Source: Squalus acanthias
Taxonomy: Eukaryota
Length of the DNA: 64,000 bases
Reading direction: 5' to 3'
Assembly (NCBI GenBank): GCA_030390025.1
Contig: CM059427.1
Span: 51,212,001 to 51,276,000 of the forward strand
A model generated the notes under the pieces. The model ran no database searches, was not told where the DNA came from, and saw nothing but the letters and a program-made list of their open reading frames with translations. A program made the translations under genes and the position numbers. Positions 1 to 12,989 of this stretch are shown in pieces (positions within the stretch are counted from its first letter, which is position 1; every line of letters begins with the position of its first letter).

Positions 1-150
1 AAGATTTGACCGGCTTTGGAGCGAAGACTTCCTGTCATCAGGTGTCTGTTCCAATCTCTTCTGCAGGGAATCAGTGGTGTCTGTGAGCAGGTCAAGCAAC
101 AGCAAGGCTCTTCAACCTATCAGATTGAAGAATCCTCATTGAGACACACA

Positions 151-1859
151 GGGGGGAATTTTTCGGGGGGTCAGCGGGGGCATTTGGTGGTGGGTCGGCT
201 GGGAACATTTTTTTTTGATAGCAGGCAGGGAGCCCGCTGCCAACCCACCTTCATGCTAATCTTCCAGTCGCTGAACAGACCCGACACCAAATGGCGGGGG
301 AGACAATTTAGATTATTAAGAGCTTGTTAACAGGCACTTAAAAACTACTTGAAGCTCAGCTTTAGATTTTAAGACTTTACCCACGGCTTCCCCGCTGCTC
401 AGGGATCACATCAGGCAAGGAGGTCGGGTGTTGTGTCAGCATGGGGTGATTTCTTAACTTGACAGCTGCAAATGGTCTATAAAAGCTCCCATTTCATAGC
501 TGTTCACTTTCCAAGGTTAGAAGCTGTTGCTTACTGCATTTTGAAGACAGATTGAGCTTTATGCAGCGAGCAAGTGTTTGGAGCAAACTCTCTATCCTGT
601 GTCACCTCATTGGAACAAACTCTCTCACCATTGACAGAGCACTTCTGACATCTCAACCTCACCTGCCATATATTCCATCAGCATCGGTGCCCTTGAAAAT
701 ATCTCACCTTGGTCCTCAGAATCCCACCACGATCAGCCCCAACACCAGCATCACCAGGCACACCAGCAGCACCAACAACAACACCAAATTTCTCCACAAT
801 CAACTGATGCTGCACAGGACAGAGGGCATCAGCACCCGACCACATTGCTGCCCGGGACGCCAGAGATGGCCTCGCCATGGCCAGATTTACTTCACTTGAC
901 GCTGTATACCCTGGCTGCCACATGATGCACCAGGTTGGTACCACCCCACACCAACACCATAAAGTATCCCTACAATGCCCAAGCCATTCCTTTCACACTC
1001 ATCGCCACTGCGGGGTACCATTATGTCTCACCATTCACTGCAACTCACTAAGCCACTTCCAAAGGTGCATACAAATCTGTCCAAGAACGCAAAGTGTTGA
1101 AAATAAAGATTTCAATGTTTGACAGCACATTAACAGAAACTTCACATGAACATTGGCTAAAACACCCAAGTGTCTACCCTTGTGTGTTGTTACTTGGTAT
1201 GAGTGGACTAGGATGAGGGTGAGGGTGAGGGGTGGTTAGTGAGATGGGGATGTGATAATGCAGATAGAGAAGGATGGGTGGAGGTGCAAGGTAAGCTGGT
1301 GTGAGTAAGGATGTGCAGGAGTAGGGTAAGGAAGGCAGAGTGATGGGGATGTGATGAGTGGCACAGCAGGATGAGGTTGAGTGTGGCTTTGCAGTAACGT
1401 TTTGTGATCTACTGAGATCATTGAAAGGTTTGCGCCACTGCAGCCAGGTCCTCCTGATGACATTCCTGCTTGTGTCCTCCTGTGCAGTGTGCAACCAGAC
1501 TGCGTGATCTCCTGGGGAGGTCTCTTCCACCCATGGGAAGGGAAGAGGACCTCCCTGCATGCTGTGACTCCCTCCATAAGCTTATGGAGGGAGTCATGGG
1601 AGAGCCTGGGTGCAGCTGTGCTCCTCTGTGCAGTGCTTGTCAGTGTTTGCAGCACCTCAATGCTGTAGAACACCGACAGCACAACTGTCAAAATCAATTT
1701 GTGCATTCCTTCAATTGGCTGCGAAACGTGCTGGGCGGGCTTAACAAGCCCAATCAACGTAAAATCATTTCACAGAGCGGGCTGGAGCCAACAGCAGGGT
1801 CGCACCCCGCCACAGACCCCGGCTGCACTGGACCCGCCGAGGTAGGCAAAATCACAGCC
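151..1859 (-). mobile_element. Non-autonomous PIF/Harbinger element (family C, ~1.7 kb) carrying a Myb/SANT-like gene remnant
   Basis: Degenerate TIRs (GGGGGGAATTTT ... AAAATCACAGCC). Reverse-complement similarity along its length to 8811-10572. Confidence 0.8.
1405..1640 (-). pseudogene. Frameshifted Myb/SANT-like (MSANTD/NAIF1-type) DNA-binding domain of a Harbinger element
   Basis: Two frames join to AAPRLSHDSLHKLMEGVTACREVLFP...RPPQE / WLHTAQEDTSRNVIRRTWLQWRKPFNDLSR, matching the R.P.FS...W..IA.......RT..Q.RKR.NDL pattern. Confidence 0.8.
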
Positions 1860-1879
1860 ATCGAGTATAAACCAGGAAG

Positions 1880-2418
1880 CATAAAGCAGGAAATATAAAT
1901 TAGATTGAAATGATGTACAGAAAGTGAAATAAAGATTGGGAAATACAGATGGGATTAAGGGAGAGAGATAAGCGACAGTCAGAAAAAGTTAAAAAAAATG
2001 ACTTTAATTATTTTTAAATGTCCAGCATTAATTTTCTTCTGAGGAAATGAGACTCCACATTTGTAAAATTAATTTTTCAGGGCCAGAGAGGTTGTTCAGC
2101 AGTAGTTATCACTTACTATACCATTAAAAACTCACTTACTCCTGAATGCACTAGCCTTAACATTTTCAGCCATTTTTAGTCTGGGACCAATGGGCAAGCT
2201 TAGCAAATTCACGCCATTGCAGTCATTTCAATGCTGAGTCTATCAGCAAGGACTGCAACAGCGCACCCTGTGGAGGAGCAGAGTATCTCTGACAGCAACT
2301 CCTGGATTTCCACATTTAACTGCGCATGTGCGGGCGCCAAAAGTTGCTGTCAGATCTACCCCACAATAATGGTGAGCGCTGATAGCCGCACCTTTATTAT
2401 TACGGCAAAATCCGGGCC
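1880..2418. mobile_element. Old Harbinger-type MITE fragment (family E)
   Basis: Ends in TIR-like GCAAAATCCGGGCC. The subterminal sequence resembles the start of 45469-46179. Confidence 0.5.
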
Positions 2419-3405
2419 ATTATTTGTCATAGCCATAACATTTCAATGGTACATTTCATTTAATGTGGTAATATAATAGGAACTGGCATGGTTTTCCTTC
2501 AGGGTTTTCATGAAAATAATAAATGAATGATAATTGTCAAAATTTTGTTAAACAAAATGTGATTCACATACATCTCACTCATCCATTAGTTTGATTTCTT
2601 TGTGTTTTGATTAATAAAACACAAAGAAATAAAACCAGCAGTGGGAATGGAAACACTGCTTAATGCTATCCTGAGCACATTTTGTTGAAAGTTAAATACA
2701 GGTTTGTGTCAGTGAATAGACTTGCAGCGGAGTTCTTCCTTTAATTATCACCATGCCAATTTCTAGTCAGTTTTAGAATTAATTTTTTAAAAACAGGATA
2801 TAAATAACTTCTAAGCAGGAGATCCGAATAATATAATTAGATAACTGCACATCGGGCCTAATTTACTTGAGCACATTTTTAAAAACAGAAGACTTTTAAT
2901 AGAAAGGAAGCTGTAATTCTATCTGACGGCTGAACTGTAGTAATTAGTAAATAGAAATTACCTACTCCCTGAACAGAATGCAAAAATTGCCTTGGATCAA
3001 AGATAACCTCTTTGGTATGTGCAACATATTTTTTCCTAGTCAGATCTGCTCACAAAATACATCCTTTGTGTTTTTGGAGATAAGTTTCTTTAATAAAAAT
3101 ATTGCTTGCCGTACACAGAATTGAGAGCACACTCAGAATCTAATCTTCCATGGAGAACACATAATTTTCAAATGGCAGTTGACAGGCTGTTATTTTGTGC
3201 TGTGTCATTTTCAAGGTAAGAGACATTTGCCATTTCAAAATCGTAGCAGCAGAATGGATTTTTATCTTGTGCAAATAAAAAAAAACGTTGTGGTATTGTT
3301 ATGATTCTGAATTGTTGCATGCAGTAGCCTGAACTTTCAAAGCAATTTTCTGTTGTATGAAGCATGTATTGTAAAAAACTTTCATACAATTAAAAAAAAC
3401 ATTGT

Positions 3406-3845
3406 GGGGTAGAATTTTGTCTCGGGCAGTAGTGCAGGTTGGGCGATAACGAATTTTTGTTTTGCACTCACCTGCAGCTGCCCATAGGTAAGTCCTGGTT
3501 GGGGGTGGGGGGGTGGGGCGGGGGTGGAGGTGGATACGTGATAGGGATATTGTACAGTCGGGGGAGCACACCTGCTCCTCCTGCCCCCACAGCAATGATT
3601 TTATTTTTTTAAAAGGCTTCCCTTTTGGTGGCGGCCACCCAGCGACCACTTCAAATCCCAAGCAGAATAGGCCCAGGTCCGCAATATTGAATTGAGCAGA
3701 GCTTGCCTAAAACAGGCGTTAAGCCCTTCACTTACACATGTAAGGGGCCTGATGCCTCTTTTAGGTGGCCACAGGGTCACATATCAGTTTGCACACCTTT
3801 CAGGCGCCTTTGGGCGTGGGATGTTATTCCACAAAATTATCCCTC
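3406..3845. mobile_element. Degenerate Harbinger-type MITE
   Basis: GGGGTAGAATTTT at the left end, AAAATTATCCC at the right end, GC-rich interior. Confidence 0.4.
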
Positions 3846-4230
3846 GCTTTACGGCAGTGAAACTGGCACGACGAGGGGCAATTTCTGCACAAGATGAACT
3901 TTCCTTAAGTAGGCTGAATGGTGTTCTGTGTTGAGAAGCTTTGTCAAGGTAGGAGAGAGAGAAATCAGTGCTGTGTAGGATGCTCAAGAGATCTGTATCA
4001 GAATTCTTATTTCTATTTTGCACTAACAACTTGGATTCAGAAGCTTAATGCAAACATTTCCAGACAATACCAAATTAGGAGGAGCAGTTAACAAGATACT
4101 TGTGGTTGAGGAAGGCCACTTAGTCTATTTTAATTCATCCATCCATCTACTCTATCTGGACATCCATTCCATGCATTAATCACTCTTTTTGTGTAAAGAA
4201 GAATTCCATGCCACTGATCCTAAATTTTTA

Positions 4231-4335
4231 CTGAAACAAAAATAGAAAATCTTGGAAACATCCTGCAGGCCTGTCAGCAGCCAAGGAGTGAAGAGATAAG
4301 TTAACTTTTCAGCTGTAACCTTTCATCAGAACTGG
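4231..4335 (-). mobile_element. Penelope-like terminal fragment with degenerate hammerhead motif (family 2)
   Basis: Minus strand reads CCAGTT-CTGATGA-AAGGTTACAGCT-GAAA-AGTT-AACT. Homologous to 25670-26578. Confidence 0.65.
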
Positions 4336-5141
4336 CAAAAAATACAGATGCATAGCTCTTTCAAAGAGCCGGTGCAGGCACGATGGGCTATTGCCTTCCT
4401 TGTGTACTGTACGATGCTATGATTCTATGAAAAGGAACAGAACAAAGGGAAGGAGCAGGAAAAAACACACAAACGCGAGAGAGGAAACAGAATGGCCTGT
4501 AAAGTGCTTATAAGGAAACAAGAGATGATTAAATGGTTTAAGTGATGTGCTTCTTCCTATCGTCTCATGTTAATAATAAAAAGAAATTAAAGATATTTGA
4601 GGGACACAGAGAACATGGTGAATAGGTGAAATGGTGGGGGTAAAGGCCAGCCAGAAATGGAAAAGGAAAATCTGACAAAATGGAACGAAATCCATGGTCT
4701 GAGAAGAGAAAAGTAGGCTGACACCAAGGGTGCAGGCTTCCCCACCAGCAAAGTATTTTAATAGAGGGTTCCCGCCCCGTGTCAACACATCTCTTTCTCC
4801 GCACCCCTCCACACCCAAATGCCAGCAGTTCCATCCCACAGCACATTATTTTTCTATTCGGCACTTGCACTTAATAACTTTAGATCTTAATCTGTGCTCC
4901 CACATTTTGTACGGTAGGAGATACTGATGATGTGGGGTGGACGTGTTGGTTTTTCGGGAGGGGATAAGGTGAATTCTCCGTTTAATGTTTTATCTGAAAA
5001 ATTGTACCTCTGACAATGCAACATTCCCTGTTACCTTTTAAGAACTGCCTTCAGGAAACCAAGTTACATATAGCTAGACAATTTTTGTCACAAGAAATAT
5101 TCAGAAAATACTGGAATGATAAATCTGAAAGGAATGTTTCA

Positions 5142-5568
5142 GTGTCAGCTGTGGCTCAGTGGGTAGCACACTTGCCTCTGAGGCAGAAGGTTGTGGGTTC
5201 AAATCCCACTCCAGGGACTTGAGCACATAAAAAAGCTAGGCTGACACTCCAGTGCTGCACTGTCGGAGGTGCCGTCTTTCAGATGAGACGTTAAACCATC
5301 TGCTCTCTCAGGTGGACGTAAAAGATCCCATGGCACTATTTCGAAGAAGAGCAGGGGAGTTATGCCCGGTGTCCAGGCCAATATTTCTTCCTCAACCAAC
5401 ATAACAGAAGTGGATTGTCTGGTCATTATCACATTGCTGTTTGTGGGAGCTTGCTGTGTGCAAATTGGCTGCCGCGTTTCCCACATTACAATAGTAACAG
5501 TACTTCATTGGCTGTAAAGTGCTTTGAGATGTCCGGTGGTCATGAAAGGTGCTATATAAATGCAAGTC
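5142..5568 (+). mobile_element. tRNA-derived Deu-domain SINE (SacSINE1/AmnSINE-like)
   Basis: A-box TGGCTCAGTGGG, B-box GGTTCAAATCC, Deu core (GGACGTAAAAGATCCCATGGCACTATTTCGAAGAAGAGCAGGGGAG), tail GCTATATAAATGCAAGTCT. Confidence 0.9.
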
Positions 5569-6588
5569 TATATAATATTGTCCAATAAACAAATCTTGCA
5601 TTCAAAGCAACAACTTTTGATTTGTCTTGCTGCTTTTAGTTCTCTCCTGCATAAAACAAGCTATCAGTTAGTAAAAGGTTATCATGCCCAAGTGATGCTG
5701 TTTGATGTAGCTTGCTACAATATTTATATTAGATTTATTAAGCTGTACATTAGCTGTAAAATGTAAGACATGCTCAGTTGTGTATGGTGGATTTCACTTA
5801 TCACGTTATATACATTTGGTAGTCACATATTCTGTAATTCACTACCCAAAATGACATAGTAATCTTGCATAGATGTTATCTTCTGTCACTTTCCATGGCA
5901 CCTAATCACAATCTATGATCTTGTACATCATGCAACATTACTCAGGCTGTCATCAATGTGGCATCAGAACAGTCACCCATCACCAGTGCTACTAATATAC
6001 ATCAAAAATTCACTGCCTACTCGTATTAGGGTAAATCTAGATGATTGTCAGTGAATTTTAACAAGATCTTGGGATTCAGTTGGAAAATACAATCTTTGAG
6101 TTCAAATAATATCATAAGTTAAGACAGTGAGGCTAACGAATGAGATCAATTCAACAGCTGTAAACTATCCCCCAACTTCCTTGCTGGGCTTTCTGTATAC
6201 TTTTTTCACTATTTTTAAAAGTTCCAATGGAACTTCTGTCTTTTTTTCAATTGAATTATGCCATTTTGACAATTCTGTCTCTTTTTAATATAACCTTTCA
6301 TAGGATAATGTATAAGTGTATGGAGGGTACGTCATAGCATGAGAAATGTTTCCAAAACTAACCCAAAATGGATAAGGTCAGAGTGAGTCAAGATCAGCCC
6401 CATGTCTTTATCATAATCTCAATATACAGTAGTGAAAAAATATGCAGGAAGAACAGCAAGGAAGTCGGGTGTTAGTTTACAGATACTGAAATACCACATT
6501 GCAATCTAATTCAGTTCACAAAAATAAAGTTAGCTATTGGCAACATGAGAACTCCACTATTATGTTTAACTGAAATCAAGATCATATT

Positions 6589-7344
6589 GGCCCGTAATTT
6601 CCGATCGGAGGCTTCCTGCGTGCGGATGCCTCCTATTGGAAAAAAATCTATGCACTTACCTGAGGGCTCCCGAGGTCCGGACACTTCCGCTCCTGGGCCT
6701 CTCCACAGTCGAAATTCGCAGGGCCCACGTATCCCAGAGGCACATGCGGTTCGCAAGCGTCCCTGGGATCACGTGGGCCAGGCCAGCCAATAGGAGAAGG
6801 GAATCTCCCTTCATACTTTTGACAGATAGACCTGTCAAATATATGAATGGAGATCACCCCAAAAACACTGTAAAACATTAAATAATTTCTTTTTTAAAAA
6901 AATCTCATTTTTAAAATGAGTTAAAATTACATTAAATTAAATATTTGAAACAAAAATTTAATTTTTTGAAAAAATAATTGAAGTTTTTTATGGGGCTAAA
7001 AATAAACTTACCTTTTTTAAAAGTATTTTTAAATGATAAATGAGTGGGAATTTTTTTTTTAACCTTTTTCAACTCCTTTGCTGGTAAAAGCAGGCCTTAC
7101 GCTTTTACCAGGCGTAAGATTTTTAAGGGCTTTCAGAGGGCGGAGGTTATGCAGAAAGCGGAACTCTCCCCCCCGCAGAGGCCCTTCTCCAGGGCAGGCG
7201 TGCGATCTGTCAAGAGCATTCTTGACAGATCGGAAATGCCGGTTTTCAGCGCATGCGCTCGCATGCCTGAAACCGGCATTTCCGATGTCCCTACGGGTGT
7301 GTACACAGCTCGTACACACCCATAGGCATTGGAAAATACGGGCC
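6589..7344 (+). mobile_element. Harbinger-type MITE (family D)
   Basis: TIRs GGCCCGTAATTTCC / GGAAAATACGGGCC, TSD ATT, inverted copy at 28746-29475. Confidence 0.9.
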
Positions 7345-7463
7345 ATTAAAATTGACTGATTTACAATCTAATTTATAACGTATACAGGCGTATTATAGAG
7401 AATATTGTGCAGTGCCCTGTATGATCCTACATTCCAACACAAGTGGTAAAGCTGCAAACTTGA

Positions 7464-8156
7464 GGCCTGGATATTCAATGGCAGCACGCCCATTTTACAG
7501 GTGTAAAACGGGTGCTCAAGCATCCAATATGGCAGGCAGGGTGTGTGTGCTCATTATGCGCTGGAAATGCAAGGCCTACCATATTGGTAAAGCAGAAAAA
7601 GAGCTGTCCAGGGCCCGTGTCTGAATCAGGTGTCCCTTTGCATACGCAAATAGGGGGCCTAACTCCTGTTTGAAGCCCCCTTTGCAAAATTGGGCTGCCC
7701 TGAATGCAGTTGGTGCTGGACCAATTGTGTTCAGGAAAACGTGGTCTATATGCTATCTAACTAGTGGTACTTAAAGAGGGACTGTTGGAGGCTGCCACCA
7801 AAAAGGTATTTATTTTTAAAATCCCGAATGTGGAGCCTGCGGGTCCATTGTAGTGCCGAAGACGGTTGCTGGCTCTCATTCCCCTCCCTCCCAATCGCTT
7901 TTCTCTTCTTCTGATCGCACCCACTCTCCAGATTGCTTACACCCTCTCCCAGGACCTAATTTGAGAGCCAATGCCACCGTGGCAATGGCCCAAAATTAAA
8001 ATCTACTTCGCTGTCGAGCTGCCTGGGGTGCCCAGCAATCACCTACACCTTGCCAGTCTCATATAAAAGAGGCCCGGGGCCCAATATTGGGTGTGTCCAT
8101 TCTGATGCAGGGATCGTTCCATGCGCTATTTGCGTTGGCCTGCCAATTTCTAGGCT
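7464..8156. mobile_element. Old Harbinger-type MITE
   Basis: GGCCTGGATATTC at the left end, CCAATTTCTAGGCT at the right end, degenerate interior. Confidence 0.45.
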
Positions 8157-8810
8157 GTAATGCCCAGGTGAGCCTGTGAGGGGCTAAATTTTCACTTTTT
8201 GCTCCTTCTTGTGAAAAAGTAAGAATGAGTAAAATGTGTTGTTCTTGGCTAAAATTAGTAAGTTTAGATGTCGACATCTGAGTTGTTTAATTGTGGCAAC
8301 AGAGTAGGCTTCCTGCCTGAACTGAAATGATAGTGTCTTCACAGTAAAAAGTTGTTTAAAAGTCATAATAAAAACCTTTGCTTTCTGGCTATGCAGGTTA
8401 TTGCAAGCTTATGATGCAAAGAGCACACCGTTGGCTTGAATGGATGGGATAATTGTTCAAGCCAACTGTGTTCACAAAATTGGTGCAGCTATATTGGCTG
8501 CAACTCTGGTTCTGTTGCCAATTCTGTGGGGGGGAAATGATCTCTTGAAATGATACTCTATGGCACTCGTAACTGCTTTACAAAGTTGCTGCTGTCAGTG
8601 GCAATAGTGTTGAAATGTAAACACAGTACAAAAGAGGATACTTTCATTTGTTGTTTTCTCACATGTCCTGTGGTTCTCAAAGCAATTGTTAAATCCTGAA
8701 CAGTATCCAGAAATAATGGCTTGACAACATCCCTATCCAATTGTTCATGCTTCAAGGTGTTGGTTAACCTGCAGTGATAAGAAAATTACAGTAGTCTGTC
8801 TAGATTCATA

Positions 8811-10572
8811 GGCTGCAATTTCGCCAGCCGTGACGAGACCGGTGAGGCCGGAGCAGACAGAGGCCTCAAACTCCGCACCCGTCTTCATCCCGCCTCCTCC
8901 AAGTGATTTTGCCCTGATTGGGCTTGTTAAGCCCACCCTGCGAGGTTCCCGGCCAATTAAAAGGAAGCAGGCCTGATGACGTCATCTGATGATACATCAT
9001 CAGCCGGTTTCCTTAAAGGGGCCATGTCCACATTCATTTTGACAGTTGTGCTGTCAGTGTTCTACAGCATTTAGGTGCTGCAATCACTAACAATCACTGC
9101 ACAAAGGTGCACGGCTGCACCCGGGCTCTCCCATGACTCCCTCCATATGCTTATGGAGGGAGTCACAGCACACAGGGAGGTTCTCTTCCCTTCCAATGGG
9201 CAGAAGACACCTCCCCAGGACACAATGCACAGGACGTCACAAGCAGGGATGTTGTCAGGAGGACCTGGCTGCAGTGGCACAAACCTTTCAATGATCTCAG
9301 TAGATCACGAAACATTACTGCAAAGCCACACTCAACCTCATCCCCCTGTGCCACTCATCACATCCCCATCACTCTGCATTCCCTACCCTACTCCTGCACA
9401 TCCTTACTCACACCAACTTACCTTCCACCTCCACCCATCCCTCTCTATCTATATTATCACTTCCCCACCTCACTAGCCACCCCTCACACTCACCCTCACC
9501 CTAGTCCAATCATACCAAGTAACAACACACAAGGGTAGGCACTTGGGTGTTTTAGCCAATGGTCGTGTAAACTTTCTATTAATGTGTTGTCAAGCATTGA
9601 AGTCCTCATTGTCACCACTTTGCCTTCTTGGACAGATTTGTGTGAACCTTTGGAGTGGCTTAGTGAGTTCCAGTGAATGGTGAGACATAACATCCCCCCG
9701 ACCCCCCGCAATGGTGATGAGTGTGAAAAGAATGGCTTGGACATTGTAGGGATGCTTTATGGTGCTGGTGTGGGGTGGTGCCATCCTGGTGCATCATGTG
9801 GCAGCCAGGGTGTACAGTGTTAAGTGAAGCAAATCTGGACATGGTGAGGCCATCGCTGGCATCTCGGGCAGCAATGTGCACGAGTGATGATGCCCTGTGT
9901 CCAGTGCAGCATCAGTTGATTGCAGAGAAGGCTGGTGTGGATGTTGGTGCTGTTGGTGTGCCTGGTGATGCTGGTGTTGGAGCTGATCGTGTTTGGATTC
10001 TGAGGACCAAGTGAGATTTTTTCAAGGGCACTGATGCTGATGGTGAGGTTGCGATGACAGAAGTAATCTGTCAATGTTGAGAGAGGTTGTTCCAATGAGG
10101 TGACAGTGGATAGAGAGATTACTCCAAACACTTCAAAAGTGCATAAAGCTCAAAAGTGGGTTCCAAATCATTAATGCTCCAGCTTCTAAGATTGGAAAGT
10201 GAACAGCTGTGAAATGGTAGGTTTTAGACCATTTTTGCAGCTTTCACCTATTCACAGCAATCCACAGTCATTGAGAACCCAACATACTTACCTGACATGA
10301 TATCCGCTCTCCGGGAACCTCGTTGAAAACCTGATAAAATGGTAAGTACATGGGAAAATGGTTCTTAACTACCTTTTAACAAGTTTTTAACTATCTAAAT
10401 TGGCTGACCCGCCGCTTGGTGTCGGGTCTGTTCAGGGGTGACAGATCCGACACCTGGGAAACTGACAAGGAGGCGGGTTTACAGCGGAATACCGACCCGC
10501 TGTCAATCTTTGTGATTTTGACAGCGGACTGGCCTCCAAACCCGCACTCTGAGCGCCGGCAAAATTCAGCCC
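8811..10572 (+). mobile_element. Non-autonomous Harbinger element (family C, copy 2) with Myb/SANT remnant at ~9100-9310
   Basis: TIRs GGCTGCAATTTCG / GCAAAATTCAGCCC, TSD ATA, AAPGLSHDSLHMLMEGVTAHREVLFPSNGQK, inverted copy of 151-1859. Confidence 0.85.
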
Positions 10573-11429
10573 ATAGACTTTTAGTGTAAACAAATTAAAA
10601 AATAAATGAGGATTAACTTGAAATGATCAGATCCAAAATGATTAAGGATCTGTTTAAAAGTCTGTAACTGGGGTGGGAGGGGGGCGGGGAAACACTCAAA
10701 GATGGCAACAATTTCAACCTGTCACACAAAAACAAATACGTTACACAGGAGGTTTTTCCTTTCAATATGGCATAACATGATTCGGTAATTTGTAGCAGTG
10801 GCTGCAGCTCACTGTATTTTTGGGAGAGGGTTATTAGTTCTACATGGGGAATGCAGCAGTGTATACTGGTACTCATGCAAAGCACTTCAAGTCACATTAG
10901 GAGAAGCTTCCAGTTTCCAGTTTACTTTGACTCAAATTATTGGATCAGCTTATTCCATTAGCTTTATAGATGCAACCCTAAATAAAGGTTTGAATTCATT
11001 GGAAAACTCTAGCCTTGATTTTCCACTGCTAATGCCCAATCTTGTAGTGCTAATTGAGCCGGTGACTGTGGGAAACATGAAGGAGATCCATAACAACTGA
11101 TCTATGCATACTTCAGTACCCAACTCATTCTCTACTGTTATTTCCAGTGACAGGCAGAAGCACCTGCCCATTTTTAGTCAGGCATAAGCACATAAGATGG
11201 AAATGACATGGTGACGTCTTAGACCTATTTTCTACCATTTATACCTCATTTGCACAGATTTCTCTTCACACCCATTTTATATGGGTGTCCTGTGTTGCTA
11301 GGTGCCATGGAGAAGCGGAAGAAAATTTAAAGTTCCTAGATTCAATGTTGACAGGGACAATTGAAAGCTAACTTCCCAGTTTTTTTTGCTAACTTTTTTC
11401 TTGAGCAACTACTCTGCCATCTGCCTTTG

Positions 11430-11610
11430 TGCATTTGCCACCATCTTCACTCCTTCTGTCCATTACAGACAGGGCACAATGCCTTTTCCATTGGGAGATC
11501 TCCTCCATCATTGCTTTTTTGAAAACAAGTGGAGCAACGGAGGGAAGCCTGACTGTTGAGGCCGCACCAGAGGCGCATACACCCACCCACCAGTACCCTC
11601 ACACCAAAGT
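11430..11610 (+). pseudogene. N-terminal piece of a Harbinger (HARBI1-like) transposase, split by a CR1 insertion
   Basis: ...HQYPHTKV at ~11590-11610 rejoins VYRQRQY*LHFTKEQ at 18293. Confidence 0.55.
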
Positions 11611-11620
11611 TAGAGTCATA

Positions 11621-12463
11621 GGGCTCGATTTTGTCAATGGGGATGTGATGGAGGCGGGACTCCCACTGTTTGGGTTGTAGTCCCGCCTCCATCGATTTGT
11701 GGCCAACCCACGCTACTTTCCCTTGATTGACCTTGTTAAGCCCGCCCAGCGGGCTCAGCAGGCCAATTAAGGGACACCTGGATACTGGTGACGTCAGCGA
11801 TTGACATTTCATCTGTCAAGAGCTTTTGACAGATGAAATATCAGCGTTTGACAGCTCTGTGAAGCTGTCAAACACTGACAATCTGTCTTCTAACTTGAGT
11901 CCTTCTATTCAGACTCAGTTAGAGAGCTCTCCAGACCAGAAAGCAGAGGCTGCAGCTTTTGACAGCTCAGCGGCCATTCTGCTTTCTGTGCCGGTGAGCT
12001 AAGGGACTCCCGAGAACTGAAGGGAGGAAGCCTGGAGGAGAAAGTAAAGGTAAGTAAAACTTATTAAAACACTTTACACACACCAAACACACTTACCTCT
12101 GCACTCATGCACCCATCACTCACCTGTACACCGGAAATTCGACCCCTCCAAGCCCTGCAGACCGACGGTCCGCCTCGCTAACTTGGCATGGTTTGGAGCC
12201 GTCGGGCAGCCCACACTTCAGGGCTAAAAATAGGGATTAGCCAAAAAACTGCCTGTTAACTACCTGTTAACAGGCAGTTAATTGGCACTAATCCCCTTTC
12301 CGCCTCGGGGAGGCGGCTCCCAGCACAGGTCGGGTACCCGCCTCCTGGGACATTGGCATGGAGGCGGGTTGGGGGCGGGATGGGTACGTGCCCCCCGAAT
12401 CTGCAATTTTCCCACCACTCCCGCCTCCAAACCCACCTCCACGGGGCTTGGAAATTCGAGCCC
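11621..12463 (+). mobile_element. Harbinger-type MITE (family A, 843 bp)
   Basis: TIRs GGGCTCGATTTT / AAATTCGAGCCC, TSD ATA, inserted in the CATAGAGT 3' tail of a CR1. Confidence 0.92.
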
Positions 12464-12989
12464 ATAGAGTCATAACGGCACAGAAGGAGGCCATTCGGCC
12501 CATCGAGGTGGTGCCGGCTCTCTGTAAAGCAATCCAGTCAGTCCCATTCACTCGCTCTATCCCCAGAGCCCTGCAAGTTTATTTCCCTCAAGTGCCTATC
12601 CAGTCTTCCCTTGAAAACATTGAGTGTCTCCGCTTCCACCACTTCCATCGGCAGCGAGTGCCAGGTCCTCACCACTCGCTGCGTAAAAAGTTTTTCCTCA
12701 CATCCCCCCTGTACCTCTTGCCCAAAACCTTAAATCTGTGTACCCTAGTCCTTGTACCATCAACTAGTGGGAACAGCCTTTCCCCGTCTAGCCTATCCAA
12801 ACCCATCATAATCTTGTACACTTCTATCAAATCACCCCTCAACCTCCTTTGCTCTAATGAAAACAAATCCAGCTTCTCCAACCTGTCCTTGCAGCTAAGA
12901 TCCCCCATCCCTGGAACCATTCTGGTAAATCTCCTCTGCACCCTCTCAAGGGCCTTCACATCCTTCCTAAAGTATGGTGACCAGAACTG
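12464..12989 (-). mobile_element. CR1 LINE 3' end (outer element of the nest)
   Basis: QFWSPYFRKDVKALERVQRRFTRM...[14 protein letters not shown]1 3' UTR hairpin and tail. Confidence 0.92.

Noticed and set aside
3119-3220. Possible + exon ending AAG|GTAAGA
   Set aside because: Weak acceptor and an unrecognisable peptide.
5150-5215. tRNA-like A/B boxes (also ~19630, ~32725, ~61350)
   Set aside because: These are SINE heads followed by Deu or V domains, not tRNA genes.
10798-11100. 100-aa ORF in unique DNA
   Set aside because: No ATG start, no recognisable domain, no convincing splice sites.
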